64,000 nucleotides of DNA. It comes from an uncultured Actinomycetota bacterium (GTDB taxonomy: Bacteria > Actinomycetota > Actinomycetes > JAFAQI01). The stretch's first letter is position 1, and each line of letters opens with the position of its first letter. The stretch lies in NCBI GenBank assembly GCA_963770565.1, contig CAVYQE010000001.1, positions 480,001-544,000 of the forward strand, given 5' to 3'. The notes beneath the pieces are model-generated. The model made no database searches, was not told the origin of the DNA, and was given only the letters and a program-made list of their open reading frames with translations. The translations under genes and the position numbers were made by a program. Below are positions 41,197 to 51,817 of this stretch, one piece after another.

Positions 41197-41649
41197 ATGG
41201 CCCTCAAGGAACAACTGCGCACCGACATGGTGGCCGCGCTCAAGAGCAAGGACGAGTTGCGGTTGTCGACGTTGCGGATGGCGCTGAGCGCGATTACCAC
41301 CGAGGAGGTGGCCGGCAAGGCGGCTCGGGAGCTCTCCGACGACGACGTCGTGAAGGTGCTCGCGCGTGAGGCCAAGAAGCGCCGGGAGGCTGCTGAGGCG
41401 TTCGAGTCCGCGGGTCGCGCCGAGCTCGCGGCGAAGGAGCGCGCCGAGGGCACCGTCCTCGACGAATACCTGCCGACCCAGCTCGGCGACGACGAGTTGG
41501 CGGCGATCGTGCGCGCCGCGCTCGCCGAGACCGGCGCGAGCGGACCGCAGGCGATGGGTCAGGTCATGAAAGTGGTGCAGCCGCAGGTCGCCGGCCGGGC
41601 CGAAGGCGGGCGGATCGCAGCGGAGGTACGCCGACAGCTCGCTGAGTGA
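41197..41649 (+). CDS. GatB/YqeY domain protein
   Basis: REAKKRREAAEAF...YLPTQL...MGQVMK. Confidence 0.92.
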   Translation: MALKEQLRTDMVAALKSKDELRLSTLRMALSAITTEEVAGKAARELSDDDVVKVLAREAKKRREAAEAFESAGRAELAAKERAEGTVLDEYLPTQLGDDELAAIVRAALAETGASGPQAMGQVMKVVQPQVAGRAEGGRIAAEVRRQLAE

Positions 41650-41670
41650 CGCTGCGCCTGCCGGTGCGGC

Positions 41671-44077
41671 TCAGTGCCGGTGATGCCCGTGGTGATGGTG
41701 CCCATGCCCGCGGCGCAGCTTCGTCGGCTTGGTGGTCGGCGACACCGGTGGGCTCGACGGCGGCGGCGTCGGCGGTGAGGACGACGGCGGCGGCGAGCTC
41801 GGCGGCGGCGAGGGGCTCTTCGTCGGCTTGGGGGTGCCGTCGCTGAGGAAGACCTTGACCGAGGTGCCGATCGAAGCCTCCGAGCCGCCCGCCGGCGCGG
41901 TCCGCGCGACGGTGCCGGCCGGTTGGTTGCTGTGGACCGTCTTGGATTCGATGACCGGGCTGAACCCGGCTGCCGTGAGCGTGGCCTCGGCGTTGGCCGG
42001 GGTGTCACCGGTCACGTCCGGGACCTTGGTCAGGATCCCGATCTCGTAGAAGCTGTCCGGCCCGGAGAACGGCACGACCGGGTCACCCAGGAGGGCAGCG
42101 TTCAAGGTCGCCTGCCAGATCTTGCCGGCGATGGTCGCGCCGAAGACCTCGCCGTACGTCACTCCGCCGATGTTCAGCCCGTCGAGGGTCTTGTTCGGTT
42201 CGGCCGGGATGCCGGCCCAGACCGCGGAGGCGAGCTGCGGGGTGTAGCCGGCGAACCAGGACCCGTTGTAGTTGTCGACGGTGCCGGTCTTGGCCGCGGC
42301 CGGCCGGCCGGACAGCGCGTCCGTCGTCCCGGTCGCTCCCGGGATGGTCAGCACGCCTTCCAGGATCGACGTGACCGTGTTGGCCAGGCCCTGCGGCACG
42401 ACCTGCTGGCACTTCGACTTCGGCACCGGGTAGCTGTGCCCGGTGCGGTCGACGATGCTGGTGATGACGATCGGGCTGCAGTACTTGCCGTGCGCCGCCA
42501 TCGTCGCGTACGCCCCGGCGACATCGAGCGGGGTGAAGCCGTACTGCGCGCCGCCGCCGAGGACGAACGGGCCGATCTGCTCGGGCGGCTTGCCGGTGCC
42601 CTGCGTGACGCCCATCGCCTCGGCGAGCTTGACCGGCTCGCAGAGTCCGGTGCGCTCCTCGAGCTGGGCGAAGAACGTGTTGACCGAGAACCACGTGCCG
42701 GACTCGAGGTTGAACGTGCCGCTCTCACTGTCGCTCGCGTTGTGCACGGGCCACGGTGCGACCGGCTAGGCCGGCACAGTTGGTCAGGCCGTTGATCGTG
42801 ATCGACCCGGGCGCGTGGATCCTGGTCGAGAGCGGGATGCCCTCTTTCAATGCGGCCGTCAGCACGAAGAGCTTGAACGTCGACCCGGCGTGGAAGCCCG
42901 GGCTGCCACCCCACTTCTGGTCGACCGCGTAGTCGATGCTGTTCTCGCCCTTCTTCGGGTTGTTGCCGTACGGCGTACTGACCGCGAGCGCCTTCACCTC
43001 GCCGGTGCCGGGTTGGACTACTGCCTCCGCGGAGACGACATGGGAGGTCTTCTCGTGCGCGTGCACGTACTGGTGGATGCCGTTCTCGGCGGCCCTTTGC
43101 ACCTTCGGCGACAGCGTGGTCGTCACGGTTAGACCGCCGCGTTGCAGCATCGTCAGGCTCAGGCCGGGGGTGTGCTCGAACACGTGCTTCACGTAGTCGC
43201 AGAAATAGGCGTACCCGTGCTTCGAGGCGATGCAGTCCGCGGGCTGGTTGTGGATGTGCAGCTTGATCGGCTGGGCGACCGCCTGGTCGTACGTCGCCTG
43301 CGTGATCGAGTGGTACTTCAGCATCTGGCCGAGCACCGTGTCGCGGCGTTCGCGGGCGAGCTTCGGGTAGTAGCGCGGGTCGTAGGCCTCGGGTGACTGG
43401 ACCAGGCCGGCGAGCAGCGCGCTCTGGTCGAGGGTCAGCTTGGTGACCGGCTCGTTGAAGAAGTGCCGCGCGGCGGTCCCGATCCCGTAGGCGCCGTCGC
43501 CGAAGTAGGCGATGTTGAGGTAGTCGTCGAGGATCTGCGCCTTCGTCAGGACCTTCTCGAGCTCGATCGCATACCGCGCCTCTTTGAGCTTGCGCGCGAA
43601 GGTGTCTGCGATCGCGGCTTCGCGCTCCTTCTTGGTCCGAGCGTCCTCGATCAGGACGTTCTTCACGTATTGCTGGGTGAGGGTCGACCCGCCCTGGCTG
43701 ACCGACCCCGACGATCCGTTGTGCAGCAAGGCGCGAAGGGTGCCCTCGACGTCGAGGCCGGCGTGCTCGTAGAACCTGACGTCCTCGACGTCAATAAGTG
43801 CGGTCTGCATCTGTACCGGGATCTGCGAGAGCGGCACGATCACGCGGTCCTGGTCGTAGAACGTCGCAATCTTGGTTCCGTTGGCGGCCAACACTTTCGA
43901 CACCTGGGGCAGCGGGTTTCGCTTCAGGTCGGCCGGATACTTCTGGAAGTCGGTGACCGCAGTCCGGGCAGCGACCCCGGCGCCGCCGACGAACGGCAGC
44001 AGCATCCCGGCCATCAGGATGCCGGCGACGATGCTGACCGCGATCAGCACGCCGATGCTCTGCGTCACCCGCGCCAC
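41671..44077 (-). pseudogene. ponA2: Class A PBP (transglycosylase-transpeptidase-PASTA), split by a 1-nt insertion near 42768
   Basis: EDVRFYEH, QGGSTLTQQYVKN and GSTFK in the 5' ORF; SVN, KTGT and PASTA in the 3' ORF; GGC-CTAG-CCG junction. Confidence 0.85.
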
Positions 44078-44237
44078 GTCATTAGCCTAGGTGGGTGCCG
44101 GATCCCCTGGGCCGATTGCCACACAACCGGACAAACTTGATCGGCCGAACGAGTGAAGTTCACCCTCATTTCGGACTACGAGAAAAGGGTGCCAACGGGT
44201 AGTGTTGCCCGTCCTGTCCGGTTCGTACTGTTACCAC

Positions 44238-44546
44238 ATGCCGTGGACACATGATTGGACCCTGCGCGCCGCCTGTCGACGCGTGGCGCCCGACGAGTTG
44301 TTCACCACCGGCGCGGCCCAACATCGGGCCAAAACCGTCTGTCGCGGCTGCCCGGTCCGCACCGAGTGCCTCGCCGACGCCCTCGACAATCGGGTCGAAT
44401 TCGGCGTCTGGGGTGGGCTGACCGAACGCGAACGCCGATCGCTGTTACGCCGTCGGCCCAACGTCGACTCGTGGCAGGCGCTGCTGTCCAGTGCGATGCA
44501 GGAGTTCGAGCGGTCCGCGCAGGTCGACGGCGCGGTCGCGGTCTGA
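44238..44546 (+). CDS. whiB4: WhiB-family regulator (WhiB4/WblA-like)
   Basis: Four Cys, EFGVWGGLTERERR; divergent from ponA2. Confidence 0.9.
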   Translation: MPWTHDWTLRAACRRVAPDELFTTGAAQHRAKTVCRGCPVRTECLADALDNRVEFGVWGGLTERERRSLLRRRPNVDSWQALLSSAMQEFERSAQVDGAVAV

Positions 44547-44579
44547 CTCGACCGTCGTCCTCGCTTGCCCCTGATCCGG

Positions 44580-45746
44580 CTACTTGGCCGCCACCCGCGG
44601 GGCTGACGCTTCGGGTCCGTTCGACAGTTCGATGCCGATCTCGCGCAGACCGTCCAGATCATGGACATCCCCGGCCTGCGCCGCCACCGCGACCATGCGG
44701 ACGCTCGGGTACGCCGAGTGGAACTGCGCCGCCCGCCGGGCATCGCGCGCCGAGGTCGCCAGCCGTTCGGCGTGCACCCGCAGCACCGCGGCGGCCAGCG
44801 GCTCGTCGCCGGTCTCGTCGAGCGCCTCCGCCGCGGCGAGCGAGCGCTCGACCGACAACGCGGGTGCGGCGCTCGAGTGCACCCGGTTCAGGACCAGCCC
44901 GGCGAGCGGCATCCGATCGGTCTCGAGCCGCTCGACGAAGTACGCCGCTTCGCGCAAGGCGTCGCGTTCGGGCACTGCGACGACGATGAACGACGTACCG
45001 GCCTCTTTGAGCAGCTGGTAGGTCCGGTCAGCCCGCTCGCGGAAGCCGCCGAACATCGACTCGAGCGACGACACGAACAGGCTCAGGTCGCGCAGGGTCT
45101 GGCCCCCGAGGATTCGGTTGAGGACGTCGGTGAAGACCTTCAGGCCGATCGTGAAGACCTTGAGGTAGGCCCGGCCACCGACCCGTGCCGGCGCGGTCAG
45201 CATCCGGATCATCCGGCCGTCGAGGAACCGGCCGAGCCGCTGCGGGGCGTCGAGGAAGTCCAGCGCCGAGCGGCTCGGCGGGGTGTCGACGACGATGAGA
45301 TCCCAGCGGGCTTCCGCCTTGAGCTGGCCGAGCTTCTCCATCGCCATGTATTCCTGCGTGCCGGCAAAGCTCGACGACAGCGACACGTAGAACGGGTTGG
45401 CCAGGATCGCCTTGGCCCGGCCGGGTTCGGCGTGCGTGATGACGATGTCGTCGAACGTCCGCTTCATGTCGAGCATCATCGCGTCGAGCCGGCCACCCGC
45501 CGCGGTGTCGATTCCCTTGACCTCGCGCGGGGTGTTGTCGAGCTCGGTGAGCCCGATCGACTGGGCGAGCCGCCGGGCCGGGTCGATCGTGAGGACGCAC
45601 ACGTTGCGCCCGCGCTCCGCCGCGCGAAGTGCCAGGGCGGCGGCGGTGGTGGTCTTGCCGACGCCGCCGGCACCGCAGCACACGATGATCTCGGCGCGGT
45701 CGAGCAGCCGATCGACGTCGAAATCCTTCGTGGCGGCCACGGTCAC
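44580..45746 (-). CDS. ArsA/Get3-like ATPase (Rv3680-like)
   Basis: CCGAGGVGKTT, TIDPARRLA, VDTPP. Confidence 0.9.
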   Translation of the reverse strand: MTVAATKDFDVDRLLDRAEIIVCCGAGGVGKTTTAAALALRAAERGRNVCVLTIDPARRLAQSIGLTELDNTPREVKGIDTAAGGRLDAMMLDMKRTFDDIVITHAEPGRAKAILANPFYVSLSSSFAGTQEYMAMEKLGQLKAEARWDLIVVDTPPSRSALDFLDAPQRLGRFLDGRMIRMLTAPARVGGRAYLKVFTIGLKVFTDVLNRILGGQTLRDLSLFVSSLESMFGGFRERADRTYQLLKEAGTSFIVVAVPERDALREAAYFVERLETDRMPLAGLVLNRVHSSAAPALSVERSLAAAEALDETGDEPLAAAVLRVHAERLATSARDARRAAQFHSAYPSVRMVAVAAQAGDVHDLDGLREIGIELSNGPEASAPRVAAK

Positions 45747-46723
45747 ACCATCCCGACGTCGTGCAAGCGGGTGGCGAGCTCCTGCAGGCCGCCGAGCTCG
45801 GTGGCGTCCGCGATCATCGGAAGCTCGTACGTCGGGCGCTCGAGGGCCTCGAGGACGGCTCGCTCTTGCTGCTCCAGCATGACCCGGCCGGCATGATCGG
45901 CCGCCTCCGCGGTCAAGGCCGCAACGGTGGCCGGGTCTGGGTCGAGCCCGGCCGCCTTGAGGCCGCGGGAAACCTCGGCGCGGTCCAATCGGCCGGTGGC
46001 GGCCTCCTCGAGCCGACCCGGCGGCAGCAGCGGGCCCCGGACCATGTTCACGATCACTGCACCGACCGGGAGTCCGGCCTCCCGTAGCCCGGCGACGCCG
46101 TCGGTGGTCTCCTGGACCGGCATCTCCTCGAGGACGGTCACGATGTGGACCGCGGTCTTGGGCGACTGAATCAGTCGCATGACACTTTCGGCCTGGTTGC
46201 GCACAGGACCCATCCGGGCCAGCGCGGCGACCTCGGTGTTGACGTTCAGGAAGCGGGCGATCCGGCCGGTCGGTGGTGCGTCGAGCACCACCGCGTCGTA
46301 CAGCCGGCCCCCGCCACGCCGCTCGCGGGTCGCGGCTTCCATCACCTTGCCGGTCACCAGGACGTCGCGCATTCCCGGCGCGATCGTGGTCGCAAAGTCG
46401 ATCGCGCCGATCTTCTTCAGCATCGATCCGGCCCGGCGCAGGTTGTAGAAGCGCTCGAGATATTCGATCAATGCCAGCTCGGGGTCGATGGCGAGTGCGT
46501 ACACCTCCCCGCCGCCGCGGGCGACCGCGACCCGGCGTTCCTCGTACGGCAGCGGCGGCGTGTCGAAGAGCTGGGCGATGCCCTGCCGGGCCTCGACCTC
46601 GGTGAGGAGCACCTGTCGCCCACCGGCAGCGAGCGCGAGGGCGAGCGAGGCCGCGACCGTGGTCTTGCCGGTGCCGCCCTTCCCGCTCACCACGTGCAGC
46701 TTGACCGCGGGGAAGTCGCTCAC
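45743..46723 (-). CDS. ArsA/Get3-like ATPase (Rv3679-like)
   Basis: SGKGGTGKTT, LDAPPTGR, EEMPVQET. Confidence 0.9.
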   Translation of the reverse strand: MSDFPAVKLHVVSGKGGTGKTTVAASLALALAAGGRQVLLTEVEARQGIAQLFDTPPLPYEERRVAVARGGGEVYALAIDPELALIEYLERFYNLRRAGSMLKKIGAIDFATTIAPGMRDVLVTGKVMEAATRERRGGGRLYDAVVLDAPPTGRIARFLNVNTEVAALARMGPVRNQAESVMRLIQSPKTAVHIVTVLEEMPVQETTDGVAGLREAGLPVGAVIVNMVRGPLLPPGRLEEAATGRLDRAEVSRGLKAAGLDPDPATVAALTAEAADHAGRVMLEQQERAVLEALERPTYELPMIADATELGGLQELATRLHDVGMV

Positions 46724-46736
46724 GCATCGAGGGTAG

Positions 46737-46819
46737 AAGCAATGTCACATTGCCCCGCGCTTCGCGGGGGCAATGTGAGGTTCCCCCGGGGTTTGGCTGG
46801 GCAATGTGACATTGCTTGG
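46737..46819. repeat. Palindromic dispersed repeat, family A, copy 2
   Basis: AAGCAATGTCACATTGCCCCGCGCTTCGCGGGGGCAATGTGA...GGGCAATGTGACATTGCTTGG. Confidence 0.85.
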
Positions 46820-46863
46820 TACGGGGGTGGGGGGTCGATTGGGGTGGGTCGTACGCTCGGGCC

Positions 46864-47022
46864 GTGCAGAAATGGGAGTACGTGACAGTTCCGCTGCTCG
46901 TCCACGCGACGAAGCAGATCCTCGACACCTGGGGCATCGACGGCTGGGAGCTGATCCAGGTCGTCCCGGCGCCGGGCGGCGGCGATCAGCTGGTCGCCTA
47001 CATGAAGCGGCCGTTGCCGTGA
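46864..47022 (+). CDS. DUF4177 small protein
   Basis: KWEYVTVPLLVHATKQILDTWGIDGWELIQV...AYMKRP. Confidence 0.88.
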   Translation: MQKWEYVTVPLLVHATKQILDTWGIDGWELIQVVPAPGGGDQLVAYMKRPLP

Positions 47023-47077
47023 ACGCAGGCGCGTCGCGGTACGCCGGGCCGGGCGCGGCCATGGACGGGCGGGCGCC

Positions 47078-47554
47078 ATGACCGGGGCGGAGGCTCGACT
47101 CGCCGAGCTCGGGGTGGCGCTGCCGGCGGTCACCCGGCCGGTCGCGTCGTACATTCCGGCCAACCGGATCGGCGACCTGGTCTGGGTGTCCGGACAGTTG
47201 CCGATGGTCGACGGGCAGCTCGCCGCGACCGGAAAGGTCGGTGTCGAGGTGGAGCCCGAAACGGCCGCCGACCTGGCGCGGACCTGCGCGATCAACGCGC
47301 TCGCCGCCATCAAGTCGGTGACCGGCGACCTCGACGCGGTCGTGCGGGTCGTGAAGGTGGTCGGCTTCGTGGCGAGTGCGCCGTCGTTCACCGGTCAGCC
47401 GGCCGTGATCAACGGGGCGAGCAACCTGCTGACCGATGTCTTCGGGGACGCCGGCAAGCATGCGCGCAGCGCGGTCGGGGTCGCTGCGCTGCCGCTCGAT
47501 GCGCCGGTCGAGGTCGAACTGGTCGTGCAGGTGCGTTCCGACCTGGCCTTCTAG
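47078..47554 (+). CDS. RidA/YjgF family protein
   Basis: VSGQLP, VINGASNLL, HARSAVGVAALP. Confidence 0.92.
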   Translation: MTGAEARLAELGVALPAVTRPVASYIPANRIGDLVWVSGQLPMVDGQLAATGKVGVEVEPETAADLARTCAINALAAIKSVTGDLDAVVRVVKVVGFVASAPSFTGQPAVINGASNLLTDVFGDAGKHARSAVGVAALPLDAPVEVELVVQVRSDLAF

Positions 47555-47567
47555 AGGCGTCGGGGCC

Positions 47568-48434
47568 GTGGTCGACGACGCAACCGCGAGCCTGTTTTCG
47601 GGGCTGGTCGACGCGGTGAAGCGACTCGCCAGCGGCGAGGTGACCGCGGCCGAGCCGCGGTCGGCCGCAACCGTGGTTCTGCTCCGCGACCGGACCGGTG
47701 GCCCCGAGGTCTATGTGCTCCGGCGCAAACCGACGATGGCCTTCGCGGCCGGCTTCTTCGTCTTCCCCGGCGGGTCGGTCGATCCCCGCGACGAGAGCCT
47801 CCCCGACCACGCCTGGGTCGGACCGCCGCCGGCCACCTGGGCAGCGACCTTGGCCTGCGACGAGCCACAGGCGCGGGCGCTGGTCTGCGCCGCGGTTCGC
47901 GAGACCTTCGAGGAGTCCGGCGTCATGCTTGCCGGGGAGAGCGCGGATCAGGTGGTCGCCGACACCAGCGGCGACGATTGGGAGGCCGATCGGGTCGCGT
48001 TGCTCGACCGGTCGCTGTCGCTGGCCGAGTTGCTGGAACGACGCGGCCTCGTGCTCAGGGCGGACCTGCTCAGGCTGTGGTCGCACTGGATCACCCCGGA
48101 GGTCGAGCCCAAGCGGTTCGACACCCGGTTCTTCGTCGCGGTGATGCCGGCCGGTCAGCACACCCGCGACGTGGGCGGCGAGGCGGATCGGGTGACCTGG
48201 CTGACCGCGCCGGAAGCCCTGGCCGCGAACATTGCCGGCGAAATGGCGATGTTGCCGCCCACGCTGGCGGCGCTCGGCGATCTCGCGGCGTACCCATCGT
48301 CAGTCGCGGTCATGACGGCGGCCGACGCCCGGGTGGTCGAGCCGGTGATGCCCAAGCTGGTGCTCGACGACAACGACCGGGTCCGCTTCCTGCTACCCGG
48401 CGACCCGGACTATCCGGCCGGAGCGACGCCGTGA
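47568..48434 (+). CDS. NUDIX hydrolase
   Basis: VFPGGSVD...AAVRETFEESG, WITPE, RFDTRFF. Confidence 0.9.
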   Translation: MVDDATASLFSGLVDAVKRLASGEVTAAEPRSAATVVLLRDRTGGPEVYVLRRKPTMAFAAGFFVFPGGSVDPRDESLPDHAWVGPPPATWAATLACDEPQARALVCAAVRETFEESGVMLAGESADQVVADTSGDDWEADRVALLDRSLSLAELLERRGLVLRADLLRLWSHWITPEVEPKRFDTRFFVAVMPAGQHTRDVGGEADRVTWLTAPEALAANIAGEMAMLPPTLAALGDLAAYPSSVAVMTAADARVVEPVMPKLVLDDNDRVRFLLPGDPDYPAGATP

Positions 48435-49204
48435 GCGGGCTCGAGCCGGTTACCCGGCTGGCCGCCCGGATGCTGGCGCCCAACCCCGGCCCGATGACCC
48501 TGGACGGCACCAACACCTGGGTGCTCCGCGAGCCCGACGGCGAGAGCTGTGTCGTCGTCGATCCCGGTCCGCTCGACCATGGCCACGTCGATGAGGTCGC
48601 CGCACTGGGCCCGATCGACCTGGTCGTCCTGACGCACGGTCATTTCGACCACAGCGAGTCGGCGCCCCGGCTGCACGAGCTGACCGGAGCACCGGTCACT
48701 GCCCGCGACCCCGGGCTGTGCATCGGTGCCGAGCCGTTGTCGGACGCGACCGGCCGGACCTCGGTCGCCGGTCTCGACTGGCTGACGATCATCACGCCCG
48801 GGCACAGCAGCGACTCGATCTGCTTGTTGCTCGAGCCCGATGCCGCGCTGCTCACCGGTGACACCGTGCTCGGGCGGGGCACTGCGGTCGTCGCGCACCC
48901 TGACGGCCGACTCGGCGACTACCTCGACTCGCTGCAGCGGCTGCGCGACCTCGCGGCGAGCGAGGTGTCGGTCGTCCTGCCGGGCCATGGCCCGGTGGTG
49001 AGCCAACCGTTGCAGGTGCTCGACTACTACCTCGCGCATCGCCAGGAACGTCTCGACCAGGTCCGGGCTGCGCTCGCCGCCGGTGACGAGACGCCGGCCG
49101 CGATCGTCCGGCGGGTCTATGCCGACGTCGACGAGGTTCTGTGGCCGGCGGCGGAGCAGTCGGTGCGCGCGCAGCTCGACTACCTCCGCGAGGCTGCGGG
49201 CTGA
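48431..49204 (+). CDS. MBL-fold metallo-hydrolase
   Basis: APNPGPMTLDGTNT, THGHFDH, TPGHSSDS, LPGHG. Confidence 0.92.
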   Translation: MSGLEPVTRLAARMLAPNPGPMTLDGTNTWVLREPDGESCVVVDPGPLDHGHVDEVAALGPIDLVVLTHGHFDHSESAPRLHELTGAPVTARDPGLCIGAEPLSDATGRTSVAGLDWLTIITPGHSSDSICLLLEPDAALLTGDTVLGRGTAVVAHPDGRLGDYLDSLQRLRDLAASEVSVVLPGHGPVVSQPLQVLDYYLAHRQERLDQVRAALAAGDETPAAIVRRVYADVDEVLWPAAEQSVRAQLDYLREAAG

Positions 49205-49213
49205 CCGTCGCGG

Positions 49214-49888
49214 CTAGTGCGCCCGGCGGGCGAGCCGATCCGGGTCGAGCAGCAACACGCTGCGCCCGTCGATCTGCAGCCAGCCCCGATGCGCGAACTC
49301 CGACAAGGCCTTGTTGACGGTCTCGCGGCTCGCGCCGACCAGCTGCGCGAGCTCTTCCTGGGTCAGGTCGTGCCGCACCCTCGTCGCGCCGTCCTCGGCC
49401 ACGCCGAACTTCGCCGACAGGTCGAGGAGCGCTTTCGCGACCCGGCCGGGCACGTCGGTGAACACCAGGTCGGCCATCGCTTCGTTGGTACGGCGCAGCC
49501 GTTGCGCGAGCGCCTTCAACAACTGGACGGCGACCCCGGGCCGCTCGAACAACAGCGGTCGGAGGTCGTCGTGATCGAGTGAGGCCAGCGTCGAGGACGT
49601 GACGGTGATCGCGCTCGCGGTCCGTGGCCGCGGGTCGAACAGCGAAAGCTCGCCGAACATCTCCCCGGCCCCGAGCAGGGCGAGCAGGTTCTCCCGGCCA
49701 TCCGGTGCGGCTCGCGAGATCTTGACCTTGCCGTCGAGGATCACGAACAGGCGGTCGCCCGGGTCGCCCTCGGCGAACACGACGTGCCCGCGTGGCACCT
49801 TGCGGGTGGTCATCGTGGCTTCGAGGCTGACCGCCGACTCGGCATCGAGCGCCGCGAACAACGGCACGCCGGCGAGCAGCCCTTCCAC
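49214..49888 (-). CDS. crp: Crp/Fnr cAMP receptor protein
   Basis: FGELSLFDPRPRTA, LTQEELAQLVGASRETVNKAL; GGAGG RBS before the GTG. Confidence 0.95.
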   Translation of the reverse strand: MEGLLAGVPLFAALDAESAVSLEATMTTRKVPRGHVVFAEGDPGDRLFVILDGKVKISRAAPDGRENLLALLGAGEMFGELSLFDPRPRTASAITVTSSTLASLDHDDLRPLLFERPGVAVQLLKALAQRLRRTNEAMADLVFTDVPGRVAKALLDLSAKFGVAEDGATRVRHDLTQEELAQLVGASRETVNKALSEFAHRGWLQIDGRSVLLLDPDRLARRAH

Positions 49889-49989
49889 CGTTGACCTCCA
49901 CGATTCGCGACCGACTCGCGTCGAGTCTGCCCCACTTGTCGCGATCCGTGCGAGCCCGACGTCATGGGCCGGCAAAGCCGCCACCGACG

Positions 49990-50430
49990 CTATCCGCCGA
50001 TCGGGCCGAGGCTGACCGTGCCGTCGGGCGCCTCCGACCAGCCGGGGTTGGTCGCGATCTCCCACCGGAAGCCGCTCGGGTCGGCGAAGTAGCCGTGGAA
50101 GCCGCCGAAGTCGGCGCACTGGGCCGGCTTCAGGATCGTCGCACCGGCCGTCTCGGCCGCGGCGAGGGTGGCGACGACCTCGTCCTCGGTCTGCAGCACC
50201 TGGGCGAATGTGATCGGCGCCGGACCGACCCCGTGGCCGGGCTGGCCGATATCGGCGTCGAGGTCGTCTGACCCGAACAGTCCGAGCAACAGGCCTGGCC
50301 CGACTTGGATGAAGGTGATCACGCCCGGCACCTCGAAGGTGGGTGACCAGCCGAGCCCGTCGACGTAGAACGCCCGAGCCTGGGCGACGTCGGGCACGCC
50401 GAGGGTGATCAGTTGCACACGTGGTTGCAT
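49990..50430 (-). CDS. VOC/glyoxalase family protein
   Basis: ITLGVPDV...FY...LGW, GYFADPSGFRWEIA. Confidence 0.9.
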   Translation of the reverse strand: MQPRVQLITLGVPDVAQARAFYVDGLGWSPTFEVPGVITFIQVGPGLLLGLFGSDDLDADIGQPGHGVGPAPITFAQVLQTEDEVVATLAAAETAGATILKPAQCADFGGFHGYFADPSGFRWEIATNPGWSEAPDGTVSLGPIGG

Positions 50431-50464
50431 CGCTCGATCGTGCCAGCCCGGGCCGACAGGATCG

Positions 50465-50992
50465 CTACTGCGAGGCCGCCTTGGGTGTGGACGGCGACGG
50501 CAGGACGGTCAGGCACAGGTCCGGGTGCTCGCGATAGCGCGCGATCAACTCGCTGGTGGCACTCGACAGCCGGCGATGTAGTGCCGACCGGTACGCCGAC
50601 AACTGGACCTCCGCCGCGGACAGGTCGCGGATCAGCGAGGCGTTATGCCCGGTGTCGTCGATCTTCGGCTGGCGCGACCACAACCCGGCGAGATCCGGCA
50701 GCGGCGGCATGTCGTCGACCGGCAGGATCGTGATCAACGCGCTGCGGTTCCCGGTCAGCCGCTCCTCGGAGAACATCGAGCGCAGGTCCTCGACGCTGGC
50801 CGCCGTACCGGTGTCTGCGGCCCGCACGAGGTCGAGGCGGGCCTGGATGATGCGACGCCAGTAGGAGACCCGGCCCTCTTCGCTGCTCAAGGTCGCGCGG
50901 TAGTGGCGGAGTCCGTCCAGCGAAAGGTGGTCGAAGTCCGCGCTGCGCTCCGGCGGCGCTTGAAGTCGGTCCGCTGTGGGCCGGTTCGGCAT
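50465..50992 (-). CDS. rsiG: RsiG/AmfC-family anti-sigma factor
   Basis: EGRVSYWRRIIQARLD fits E-x3-S-x2-R-x3-Q-x3-D; C-terminal ELIARYR. Confidence 0.75.
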   Translation of the reverse strand: MPNRPTADRLQAPPERSADFDHLSLDGLRHYRATLSSEEGRVSYWRRIIQARLDLVRAADTGTAASVEDLRSMFSEERLTGNRSALITILPVDDMPPLPDLAGLWSRQPKIDDTGHNASLIRDLSAAEVQLSAYRSALHRRLSSATSELIARYREHPDLCLTVLPSPSTPKAASQ

Positions 50993-51100
50993 CGTCACTC
51001 TCCGCAACTGTTATCGCGGCATCGGCGGACAAACGGGGGTGCTTGAGGCATCCGGACCGCGCGTCACCCCTACGGACTACCCACCCGTAGGCTGAATGAT

Positions 51101-51817
51101 GTGTCCGAATCCGAAACTCATACGGCGTTGGTACGCCGGGCGAGACGGATCGACCGGATCCTCACCCAGACCTATCCGGACGCTCACTGCGAGCTTGATT
51201 TCACCTCTCCGTTGCAGTTGCTGGTCGCCACCATCCTTTCGGCGCAGTGCACCGACAAGAAGGTGAACGAGGTCACACCAGCGGTGTTCCGGCGCTACCC
51301 GGATGCCGCGGCCTACGCCGCCGCGGATCGCGCCGAGATGGAGGACATGCTCCGCCCGACCGGGTTCTTCCGGGCGAAGACCAACAGCCTGATCACGCTC
51401 GGGCAGGCGCTCACCGAGCGGTACGGCGGCGAGGTGCCTGGTCGCCTCGATGACCTCGTGACGCTGCCGGGTGTCGGCCGCAAGACCGCGAACGTCGTGC
51501 TCGGCAACGCGTTCGGCGTCCCTGGCATCACCGTCGACACCCACTTCGGGCGGCTGTCGCGGCGGTTCGGCTGGACCACCGAGGACGACCCGGTCAAGGT
51601 CGAACACGAGGTTGGCGCACTGTTCGAGAAGAAGGACTGGACCGGGCTGTCGCACCGCTTGATCTGGCACGGCCGCCGGATCTGTCACTCGAGAAAGCCG
51701 GCGTGCGGCGCGTGCCCGGTGGCGACGCTGTGCCCGTCGTACGGCGTCGGGCCGACCGACCCGGTCGAGGCCGCGAAGCTGCTGAAGCCCGCGTCACAGA
51801 TGGCGGCCGCACCGTGA
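51101..51817 (+). CDS. nth: Endonuclease III
   Basis: [24 protein letters not shown]-x6-C-x2-C-x5-C. Confidence 0.96.
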   Translation: MSESETHTALVRRARRIDRILTQTYPDAHCELDFTSPLQLLVATILSAQCTDKKVNEVTPAVFRRYPDAAAYAAADRAEMEDMLRPTGFFRAKTNSLITLGQALTERYGGEVPGRLDDLVTLPGVGRKTANVVLGNAFGVPGITVDTHFGRLSRRFGWTTEDDPVKVEHEVGALFEKKDWTGLSHRLIWHGRRICHSRKPACGACPVATLCPSYGVGPTDPVEAAKLLKPASQMAAAP

